Source of the DNA: Acidobacteriota bacterium
Lineage (GTDB): Bacteria > Acidobacteriota > Thermoanaerobaculia > Multivoradales > UBA5704
DNA length: 64,000 nucleotides
Direction of reading: 5' to 3'
Assembly (NCBI GenBank): GCA_040005235.1
Contig: JBDTZG010000028.1
Span: 6,940 to 70,939, forward strand
Below the pieces are notes generated by a model, which saw nothing but the letters and a program-made list of their open reading frames with translations, was not told the origin of the DNA and made no database searches. The position numbers were made by a program, and so were the translations under genes. This document shows, one piece after another, positions 57,159 through 64,000 of this stretch. Position 1 is the first letter of the stretch, and every line of letters begins with the position of its first letter.

Positions 57159-58613
57159 ATGCCCAAGGTGGACCTGCCGCCGACGAATGCGGCGCTATTG
57201 ATTTTGCGCATCCTGTGTCGCCTGACACAGGATGAGTTCGGCGAGCTGACCGGCATGAAGAGCCGGATCGTCGAGATCGAGAATGGCCGGTATGTCCTTA
57301 AGCGCGCCGAGCTCGAAGATCTGGTGGAGGAGCTCAAGGTGTCGGCCTACGCGGTGCCGGTCGCCCTCGGCCTATCGGAGCTGGTGTTGCCGTCGACCGA
57401 CAAGACCCCCCACCCCTGGGAGGCGACGCCCGACGCGCGGTTTCAGGCCGAGCGCGCGACCCTCGAATCGTCCGCCATCGTGCGCCGTCTGTTCCTCGCC
57501 GAAGCGCGCGCGGAGCGCTACGCGGCGGACCGCGAGGAGGCCGAGCGCCTCTGGAAGCTGCTTGCGCCGCTCAATCGCGACCGGCGGCGGGTGATGGCCC
57601 GGATCGTCGATTTCTCGACCTGGGCGGTGGTCGAGCGCCTCTGCATCGAGAGCCTCAGGGGAGCGCCTCGGGATCCCGGGGCCGCCCGCTCGCTCGCCGA
57701 GCTGGCCGTTGAGGTGGCCCAGAGGATTCCGCCGCTGCCCAGGTTCAGCGATCGGGTGGAAGGGTACGCCCAGGCCCACTTGGGCAACGCCTTTCGAGTC
57801 GGGAACGACTTTGACGAGGCGGTTCGCGCTTTCGCGCTCGTCGCGAAACTTTGGATCGAGTTCCTGCCGGGCGAGGCCTGCCCGTTTGACGTGACGCTGA
57901 TCCCCGACCTAGAAGCTTCTCTGCGCCGCGATCAGCGTCAATTCTCCTTAGCGTTCGCTGGGCACGACCGGGCTCTTTCCTTCGCTGTCGAGGATGCGAT
58001 CCGCGGGCGCATCCTCCTCAATAAGGCAGTGACATTCGAGCATTCCGGCGATCCAGTTGGTGCGGTTGCAACTCTCAGCGCTGCTCAGCCTCTTATCGAC
58101 ACGAGCAACGAAACCCGGCTGGGTTGTGTCGCGCGTTTCAACTTGGCGGTCAACCTCCTCCATCTTGGAAACGCCTTAGATGCCGAGCCGCTGATCGCCG
58201 AGGTGCGGGCGCTTGCGATCGAACAGCGAAACGAGCTTGACCTGATCCGGGTCCTTTGGCTCTCCGGCCGCCTTGCCGCCGCGCAAGGAGATCGGGCGAA
58301 GGCGATGGTCTCGATCGATGACGCGGCCTGTCGCTTCGCCGAACAGGGCCTCGGATATGACGCCGCACTGGCGGTGCTCGACCTCGCGGGGCTGCTCTTG
58401 GAAGAAGGCAACCCGAGAGAGGCAGCCCGGAGGGTGGCCGAGGTGCAACCCACTTTCCACGTGCGAAACATTCACCGGGAGGAACTGGCGAGCCTGGTTC
58501 TGTTCCTCCAAGCCGTCGAAACCGAAGCGGCGACCGCCGCGCTGGCGCGCGCGGCGGCCGAGGCCTGGAGGTTGTTCGGCACGCCCGTTCCTTTCGGAAG
58601 TCTGGCCGACTGA
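57159..58613 (+). CDS. XRE-type HTH + 'TWAVVERLC' domain + TPR-like regulator (long paralog 2)
   Basis: The HTH is LLILRILCRLTQDEFGELTGMKSRIVEIENG. The conserved block is RIVDFSTWAVVERLCIESLRG. The C-terminal helical repeats are YAQAHLGNAFRVGNDFDEAVRAF ... LAVLDLAGLLLEEGNPREAARR. 484 aa. It has the same architecture as 48428..49888. Confidence 0.75.
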   Translation: MPKVDLPPTNAALLILRILCRLTQDEFGELTGMKSRIVEIENGRYVLKRAELEDLVEELKVSAYAVPVALGLSELVLPSTDKTPHPWEATPDARFQAERATLESSAIVRRLFLAEARAERYAADREEAERLWKLLAPLNRDRRRVMARIVDFSTWAVVERLCIESLRGAPRDPGAARSLAELAVEVAQRIPPLPRFSDRVEGYAQAHLGNAFRVGNDFDEAVRAFALVAKLWIEFLPGEACPFDVTLIPDLEASLRRDQRQFSLAFAGHDRALSFAVEDAIRGRILLNKAVTFEHSGDPVGAVATLSAAQPLIDTSNETRLGCVARFNLAVNLLHLGNALDAEPLIAEVRALAIEQRNELDLIRVLWLSGRLAAAQGDRAKAMVSIDDAACRFAEQGLGYDAALAVLDLAGLLLEEGNPREAARRVAEVQPTFHVRNIHREELASLVLFLQAVETEAATAALARAAAEAWRLFGTPVPFGSLAD

Positions 58614-58619
58614 AATGAA

Positions 58620-58952
58620 CTACTGGCCGCAGCGACCCTCTGGGTCGACGACGCAACCCGCGTCGCGAAGGATCGGCGCCGGGGCACTCGACGAACCGCA
58701 GCGGCCGTAGGGATCGAGGCTGCAGCCCACGTCGCTGAGGATCGGCACCGGGGCGCTCGACGGGCCGCGGCCGCCGTGGGGGTCGAGGCTGCAGCCCTCC
58801 TCCTCCCAGAGGGCCGAAAGAAACGACCAGCCGCGGGCGAACAGGTCGGGGAGGGTGCGATCGAGCGGCAAGGCGCCGGCCGGGAAGGCACTGAGGAGGA
58901 AGAGGGCTAGCAGAGCGACGGCGAGGGCGAGGTGACGCTTCGGTTGGGGCAT
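58620..58952 (-). CDS. Small secreted Cys-repeat peptide (precursor), paralog 2
   Basis: 110 aa. The signal peptide is MPQPKRHLALAVALLALFLLSAFPAGA. The mature part is LPLDRTLPDLFARGWSFLSALWEEEGCSLDPHGGRG...VGCSLDPYGRCG...AGCVVDPEGRCGQ, i.e. three ~20-aa repeats. It is convergent with the long regulator, whose stop is 7 bp away. Confidence 0.6.
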   Translation of the reverse strand: MPQPKRHLALAVALLALFLLSAFPAGALPLDRTLPDLFARGWSFLSALWEEEGCSLDPHGGRGPSSAPVPILSDVGCSLDPYGRCGSSSAPAPILRDAGCVVDPEGRCGQ

Positions 58953-59028
58953 GGCGGTGGGCTCCTGGTCAGCCCGGGAACCTCCGGCCGGGATGGCCGG
59001 CGGCCCGGTACGAAGGGGTTCAGAGGGT

Positions 59029-59046
59029 AACCCAAGTTTTTGGGTT
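59029..59046. promoter_or_regulatory. Perfect 18-bp palindrome AACCCAAgtttTTGGGTT ~20 bp upstream of short HTH paralog 2; candidate operator in the peptide/HTH divergent promoter
   Basis: Read directly from the sequence: 7-bp arms with a 4-nt spacer. It is AT-rich against ~68% GC. Confidence 0.4.
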
Positions 59047-59067
59047 CATTTTTCTCTTGGAGGGATC

Positions 59068-59955
59068 ATGGAACGGAAATCCGGCAGAACGCGAGACGTT
59101 CGCTCAGGACTCAGTGCGGCACCCACCCCTGGCGCCGCCGCGAAGGGGGGAAGGGCCGCGGCCAAAGCGCGGGACGCCGAGTACTCGGCTCTGTTGGTCC
59201 GGTATATGGATGCGACGGTCGGCCCGCGGCACGACCAGTTCGCGGAGTTGGTCGAGATCAGCGCGGCGCGGGCGAGCCTCTACCGCTACGGCTACAAGGT
59301 GCCCCGGCCCGAGACGAAGGCCCGTTTCTCCGGCCGGGTCGGGCTGCCGATCGAATGGTTCGAGGCGATGACCGCCGACTCGTTGTTTCTCCGCGGCAAA
59401 AGCTCAAAGCCGGCGGGAAGTACTCCCGCAGCCCTGGCGGAAGACCTCTCCCGCCGGCTCGCGGGCCAGCTCGCCCCGCGGTTCGCGGCGTTGCGCAGCG
59501 TAGCCCCCGCCGCCCCTCCTCCTCCTCCTCCTTCGCTCGAACGGGCGGCGGCCGATCGAGCCGAGGCGGACCGGCATTGGACCGAAATCGAGCCGCTCAC
59601 CGCCGCCGAGCGCGCCCTCGCGGTGCCGGAGATCCCGAGGTTCCACTCCTGGGCGCTGGTCGAGCTGCTCTGCGGAAAAAGTGTAGAGGCCGCGCCCGTG
59701 TCGCCGGCCGAAGCGCTCGCCCTCGCCAAGCTGGCCATACGACTGGCCCGCCGGGTCCAAGCAAGCCAAGGATTTCGCGACCGCCTGATGGGCTACGCCC
59801 TCCTCCACTCGGCCGCCGCACTCAAGAGCCTGAACGACCTGCCGCGAGCCCGGGAAGCCCGCGCGCGCGGGCTACGGCTTTTCGCGGCGGGGCGGAAGGA
59901 GGATCCGGGGTTGCTGGATGAAGCGATCGCCGAGGGACTCGCGTCGTCGTCGTAG
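59068..59955 (+). CDS. XRE-type HTH + 'SWALVELLC' domain protein without TPR (short paralog 2)
   Basis: ttggaggg RBS. The HTH is YSALLVRYMDATVGPRHDQFAELVEISAARASLYRYGY. It has a poly-Pro linker (PPPPPPS) and then HWTEIEPLTAAERALAVPEIPRFHSWALVELLCGKS. 295 aa. It is divergent from the peptide gene across a ~115-bp intergenic region. Confidence 0.7.
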   Translation: MERKSGRTRDVRSGLSAAPTPGAAAKGGRAAAKARDAEYSALLVRYMDATVGPRHDQFAELVEISAARASLYRYGYKVPRPETKARFSGRVGLPIEWFEAMTADSLFLRGKSSKPAGSTPAALAEDLSRRLAGQLAPRFAALRSVAPAAPPPPPPSLERAAADRAEADRHWTEIEPLTAAERALAVPEIPRFHSWALVELLCGKSVEAAPVSPAEALALAKLAIRLARRVQASQGFRDRLMGYALLHSAAALKSLNDLPRAREARARGLRLFAAGRKEDPGLLDEAIAEGLASSS

Positions 59956-60023
59956 GGCCGGCGGCATTCTGGGAAAGGGGAGCGCGGGCGCCGTCGAGGA
60001 GCGGGCGGCGCCCGGGAATGCAT

Positions 60024-60584
60024 TCAGGGTGTGGATGCCTGAGCGAGGAAGGCACCAAAGACATCAGTAGGCACGTGGTCGATCTGGGCGCCGGGGCTGT
60101 TTGCGGCTTCAGAGAAGAAGTCCTCTATCGCTTGGACCGACCGAGCGAACGCATCGCTGCAAATTGTTGGAAATGCAGCGCCGAAGCCGAAGGTTTTTGT
60201 CACTTTGCTCGTGCCTTTCCTACCGAACCAAGTGACCGCGGAGACGAAGACTTCGCCTTGTCCTGGAACGTCCCGATAAGCGCAGTGGCCACGCTCGGAA
60301 CCGAATCGGTTCTCGGACAGGGCCTGCTGTAGCCGGCGGACGGCATCCGAAGTACCCCGGGCTCGAATCAGGGTCGTTTGGCCGGGCGACCGCTGGGTGC
60401 TGATCAACAGGCCATCGCGAAAGATGACGTAGTCGATATTTGTCTTGAAGCCGGTCACCTCGTCGTCGACGTGGGCCGTGCGACGAACGAGGTAGCTTTC
60501 GGGTGCCGGCGTCTGAGCCAGCGCCAGCGTGGGCAGGATCAGTGCCAGGGCATAGAGCCAGAAAACGGGTCTAGTTGCTCTCAT
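60024..60584 (-). CDS. Secreted protein of unknown function (tandem duplicate 1)
   Basis: The probable start is the Met of MRATRPVFWLYALALILPTLALAQTP (signal peptide). ~186 aa. It is ~85% identical to 60746..61324. Confidence 0.6.
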   Translation of the reverse strand: MRATRPVFWLYALALILPTLALAQTPAPESYLVRRTAHVDDEVTGFKTNIDYVIFRDGLLISTQRSPGQTTLIRARGTSDAVRRLQQALSENRFGSERGHCAYRDVPGQGEVFVSAVTWFGRKGTSKVTKTFGFGAAFPTICSDAFARSVQAIEDFFSEAANSPGAQIDHVPTDVFGAFLAQASTP

Positions 60585-60745
60585 ACGACACCTCCGGGGC
60601 GAGTATTCCACGGAACTACACGAACAATACCGGTTTGCCGGTTACAGCTTGTCAGTGGAGCGAGACATCCGGTTGTCGCCCAGGATTCTTACGGCGAAGG
60701 GACAAGCGGGCGCCGTCGAGGAGCGGGCGGCGCCCGGGCATGCAT

Positions 60746-61324
60746 TCAGGGTATGGATGCCTGAGCGAGGAAGGCACCAAAGACATCTGTAGGCACGTGG
60801 TCGATCTGGGCGCCGGGACTGTTCGCGGCCTCAAAGAAGAAATCCGCGATCGCTCGGACCGAGCGAGCAAATGACTCGCTGCATTGGGACGGGAATGCGG
60901 CGCCAACGCCGAAAGTTTTCGTCACCTGGCTGGTTCCCGTTCTTCCGAACCAAGTTACCGCTGAGACAAAGACTTCGCCTTGCCCCGGGAAGTCGCGATA
61001 CGAGCAGCGATTACCCGCGGTGCCGAACCGGTTCTGGGAAAGCACCTGCTGCAGCCTTCGGACGGCATCTGCCGTGCCCCGGGCTCGAATCAGGGTCGTT
61101 TGGCCCGGCGACCGTTGGGTGCTGATCAATAGGCCGTCTCGAAAGATGACGTAGTCGATATTTGTCTTGAAGCCGGTCACCTCGTCATCGACGTGGGCCG
61201 TCCTCCGGACGAGGTAGCTCTCGGCTGCCGGTGTTTGTGCCAGGGCCAACGTTGGCGGGTTCAGCCCCAGGGTACAGATCCAGAAAAGGTAACTTCTCGC
61301 TCTCATTCGCCACCTCCAAGCCAC
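60746..61324 (-). CDS. Secreted protein of unknown function (tandem duplicate 2)
   Basis: The signal peptide is (MAWRWR)MRARSYLFWICTLGLNPPTLALAQTP. The body is near-identical to duplicate 1 (YLVRRTAHVDDEVTGFKTNIDYVIFRDGLLISTQRSPGQTTLIRARG...). Confidence 0.6.
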   Translation of the reverse strand: MAWRWRMRARSYLFWICTLGLNPPTLALAQTPAAESYLVRRTAHVDDEVTGFKTNIDYVIFRDGLLISTQRSPGQTTLIRARGTADAVRRLQQVLSQNRFGTAGNRCSYRDFPGQGEVFVSAVTWFGRTGTSQVTKTFGVGAAFPSQCSESFARSVRAIADFFFEAANSPGAQIDHVPTDVFGAFLAQASIP

Positions 61325-61332
61325 AAAGTGCT

Positions 61333-62958
61333 CTAAGGTACTACCTGAACGATACCAGTTTGCCAGTTACAGCTCGCACCCGCAGGGCCAAAGTTCTCAC
61401 CGGCAAGCCACAGGCTCCCGCCAGATGGATCAGCCTGCGCACCTGAGTAGTCGCCCGTTTTGCCTGAGCTTCCCCCTCTTGAGCAGGTTCCCGGCCGCAG
61501 GACGTTCAGGGGTGAGAAAGCCGCAGAGCCCGAGACCCTCGTGAGCCAGCCCGAACCGTGATGCAAGCTAGCCGACCCCATGTGCAGCGCCAGCCCTATT
61601 CGGCCGCTGTTCGTCACAGCGATCGAGGGCATCCAGAGGAAGTTATTAGCCGACAAGCCAACGGTGGTTTGCTCGGCGAGGGGCGCCAGAAATCCGCTGG
61701 TCGTAGGTGCAAGGTTGAAGCGGAGGACCCGGAAGCAAGCTTCATTGTTTCCAGCGGCGATCTGGCATCCGGTAGTCTGAACAGCCCAGATGGAATCACC
61801 GATTCCCGCGACTTGGAGGATTCGGGAATCCCCCGTCTCCAGAGAGATTCCGGCCGGTTGGGGGGCGTCGGGAGGCGTCGTATACATCCGCAGGCCCAGA
61901 ACTTCGGTCATCTCTAGGCGCGGAGCCGTCGTTGCGCCATCGCGAATCCTCCAGACCCGATAACCCTTCGCGGGCGATCCCTTCGCGCTGATCAGATATC
62001 CGGAGGTGCCGCCGGTGGCGCTGGGGAGCGTGTAGTGCTGCACGGGCTGGAGAGTTTGGGCGTTCGCGGCTTCAAACGCGGCAAGCGGGAGAGGGCGGAA
62101 GGTCACAGCGGCAGGAAGTGCCGGGCAAGTTGCGACGTTATTGACCAAAGCTGCCTTGGCTAGTATCCGGAGAAGTGGATATCCACGCGATACATTGGCG
62201 TTATCCACCACGAACTGATTCGTCGTCACCATCACCACGTCTCGCCCCACGCCCAGGCTCGGGTAGTCGGCAATCGCCTTGTCGGCCGTGGTGATGTCCG
62301 TTCGGGCCTCCGTGGAATACCGGCACCACTGTGCGGCATCCAGGCCTGTCGGGTTGGCGCTCCGCGACACGGCGAGAAACAGCTTTTGCGGGTCGCCGTT
62401 GACCACCTTCTCCAGGACGACGACAAAGAAACGCTGGGAGTTGCGATCGTAGAAGACCTTGGGGTCGAAGACCCCCGGCGACTCGGGGATTCCGAAGAAT
62501 GCCGCGGTGGTCCGTGTCACACGGATCGTTCCGTCCGTATTGAACAGCCGCAGGGCGGCGTTGACCGCTTCGAGGACTCGATCGGTGCTGCGGGCGATGC
62601 CGACGTCTGGAGGCGTCTTCTGGCCGCCGGCCAGGTAGTCGAGCCCCGGAAAGCTCGCCGCGAGTGTCGCCGTGCCGGAGCGCGACGCAAGAGCCAGCAC
62701 CACATCGGGCGGCTCGGCGTTGGGATCTATGAGCGCCGCTTCCTGCGCCTTCGTTAGTTCCTCAGGCGTCAAGCCGAAGGGTTCCGGCATCTCTTCGGCC
62801 ACCGAATCGCCGGGGGCCGGGTCGGGGTAGTCCACCTCGGGCAGCGGCTCGACCGGCGCTTCCATCTCCGGTTCGAAGATTTCAACGTCCTGGCTGCGCC
62901 CGGGCCAGGCGGCGAGGACGATTGCGACGCAGAAAATACCGAGCACTCTCGAATACAT
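61333..62958 (-). CDS. Secreted protein of unknown function (541 aa)
   Basis: The signal peptide is MYSRVLGIFCVAIVLAAWPGRSQ. An acidic Pro-rich linker (EIFEPEMEAPVEPLPEVDYPDPAPGD) is followed by a large beta-rich domain. No recognisable family. Confidence 0.55.
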   Translation of the reverse strand: MYSRVLGIFCVAIVLAAWPGRSQDVEIFEPEMEAPVEPLPEVDYPDPAPGDSVAEEMPEPFGLTPEELTKAQEAALIDPNAEPPDVVLALASRSGTATLAASFPGLDYLAGGQKTPPDVGIARSTDRVLEAVNAALRLFNTDGTIRVTRTTAAFFGIPESPGVFDPKVFYDRNSQRFFVVVLEKVVNGDPQKLFLAVSRSANPTGLDAAQWCRYSTEARTDITTADKAIADYPSLGVGRDVVMVTTNQFVVDNANVSRGYPLLRILAKAALVNNVATCPALPAAVTFRPLPLAAFEAANAQTLQPVQHYTLPSATGGTSGYLISAKGSPAKGYRVWRIRDGATTAPRLEMTEVLGLRMYTTPPDAPQPAGISLETGDSRILQVAGIGDSIWAVQTTGCQIAAGNNEACFRVLRFNLAPTTSGFLAPLAEQTTVGLSANNFLWMPSIAVTNSGRIGLALHMGSASLHHGSGWLTRVSGSAAFSPLNVLRPGTCSRGGSSGKTGDYSGAQADPSGGSLWLAGENFGPAGASCNWQTGIVQVVP

Positions 62959-63129
62959 GATCCCTCCGTAGGCAAAAAATGACGTTTCTGTGGTCCTGTA
63001 TAAAAGAGAGAGTGCAAACCGAAAAAGAAGCGAGACAGCCGAAGTGTGGATTGGTACGAAACACCCTGCCGGCCCGCCGTGTCCGCCTCCGCCAGGGATC
63101 GGCGAAAAGAGAGGCCTTCATGGCGGCGA

Positions 63130-63891
63130 TCACCCCCGGTGACGTTGCAGCAATGAGAACAGGTAGCGGATGCGGGTGAGAAGGTCGTCGGCCGCCCGCT
63201 CGAAGGCGGTTTCCCGCTCCTTGTCGGTGCCTTCGACGCCGGAAGGGTCGGGGATGCTCCAATGGATCCGGTTACGCGCACCGGGGAAGATGGGGCAGGA
63301 CTCGCGGGCGTTGTCGCAGACCGAAATCACATAGTCGAACGGTTGGTCGATAAATTCGTCCAGGGGCTTGGACCTCTGGCCGCCGATGTCGATGCCCCGG
63401 GCTGCCATGGTCTTGATCGCCAGCGGGTGCACACGGGTGACCTCGGTGCCGGCGCTCCGCACTTCGACCTGGTCGCCGGCCATGTGGCGCAAGATCCCCT
63501 CGGCCATCTGAGATCGCGCGCTGTTGTGGGTACAAAGGAAGAGCACCCGGCCCCGCCTTCCTGCCTCGGTCAGCGGCAGCTCCCGGGTGTCGGGCTCACT
63601 CCCAAGACCTGGATGCAAAATTTCACCTGTGCTCATGAGCATCCCCTTCAGTCGGTCCAGATCCAAGCTGTAGTAGACATCCCGTCGATCCGCGGCGCTG
63701 CGCCGCTCCTTGACCAGAGCGAATTCCCGCAGCTTCCGAAGGTGGTAGGAGACGAGGTTCTGCGGTTGCTGGAGCACCCCGACCAGCTCCTGCACGCGCC
63801 GATCGCTGTACGCCAGAGCTTCGAGAAGCTTCCAGCGTTGCTCATCGGCAAGGAGCTTGAGGAACGGGGGAAAGGCCGAGGTTGCGTCCAT
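63130..63891 (-). CDS. ArsR-family wHTH regulator fused to LMW-PTP-type arsenate reductase (ArsC)
   Basis: The N-terminal ArsR HTH is LADEQRWKLLEALAYSDRRVQELVGVLQQPQNLVSYHLRKLRE. The C-terminal CX5R P-loop is LFLCTHNSARSQMAEG, plus a downstream Cys (VISVCDNARESCP), typical of thioredoxin-coupled ArsC. 253 aa. Confidence 0.8.
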   Translation of the reverse strand: MDATSAFPPFLKLLADEQRWKLLEALAYSDRRVQELVGVLQQPQNLVSYHLRKLREFALVKERRSAADRRDVYYSLDLDRLKGMLMSTGEILHPGLGSEPDTRELPLTEAGRRGRVLFLCTHNSARSQMAEGILRHMAGDQVEVRSAGTEVTRVHPLAIKTMAARGIDIGGQRSKPLDEFIDQPFDYVISVCDNARESCPIFPGARNRIHWSIPDPSGVEGTDKERETAFERAADDLLTRIRYLFSLLQRHRG

Positions 63892-63897
63892 GGCCCA

Positions 63898-63911
63898 TCA
63901 ATATAGATTGA
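63898..63911. promoter_or_regulatory. Imperfect palindrome TCAATATAGATTGA 7-20 bp upstream of the ArsR-ArsC start; candidate ArsR operator
   Basis: Read directly: tcaatatagattga matches its reverse complement at 12 of 14 positions. It is AT-rich in a GC-rich background and overlaps the expected -10/RBS region. Confidence 0.35.
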
Positions 63912-64000
63912 TGCAGTTTGGGTTGCAAGAGCCTCGCCGCCGGGGCGCACATTCCTGCGCAGCGGGGTGACTGGCACTGAAAATGCCCGGAAGGTCGGCG

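Overview
This is a high-GC (about 68% by eye) bacterial chromosomal segment, probably from an Acidobacteriota-like organism. I infer that from an ADOP-type MacB/FtsX permease and a CarbopepD-type TonB-dependent receptor. It contains, in order: (i) cell-envelope genes: a partial SAM methyltransferase, a GT4 glycosyltransferase, cardiolipin synthase, a VOC protein, and a tightly overlapping 4-gene minus-strand operon (polytopic membrane protein, alpha/beta-hydrolase lipoprotein, M20 peptidase, FkbM methyltransferase) divergent from a second large membrane protein; (ii) a TonB-dependent receptor, an orphan nucleotidyltransferase, threonine dehydratase, a DinB_2 protein, a divergent copper-amine-oxidase-like protein, an ADOP permease and acetyl-CoA synthetase; (iii) a roughly 2.2 kb lower-GC island just downstream of acs carrying an HNH-motif protein and an IS200-like Y1 transposase (RAYT) flanked by inverted REP hairpins; (iv) an M1 metallopeptidase, a second DinB_2, a PhyH dioxygenase, and an XRE/HigA-like gene sitting between duplicated copies of upstream sequence and a 15-bp-unit tandem repeat array; (v) an ABC exporter and a wHTH-nucleotidyltransferase fusion; (vi) a complete dcw cluster on the minus strand (ftsZ-ftsA-ftsQ-murC-murG-ftsW-murD-mraY-murF-murE-ftsI-ftsL-rsmH-mraZ) with pervasive ATGA/TGATG start-stop overlaps; (vii) an accessory region (48.4-63 kb). 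The most interesting thing in the window is in (vii). A three-gene module occurs twice with conserved synteny: a long XRE-HTH + TPR regulator, a convergent small secreted Cys-repeat peptide, and a divergent short HTH paralog. It looks like an RRNPP-style peptide/receptor arrangement in what appears to be a Gram-negative genome. The two modules are interleaved with families of secreted paralogs, a GH5-like hydrolase and a tandemly duplicated secreted-protein gene. The window ends with an ArsR-ArsC fusion. Many long six-frame ORFs here are antisense or read-through artefacts of the high GC content, and I have listed the main ones under rejected items.
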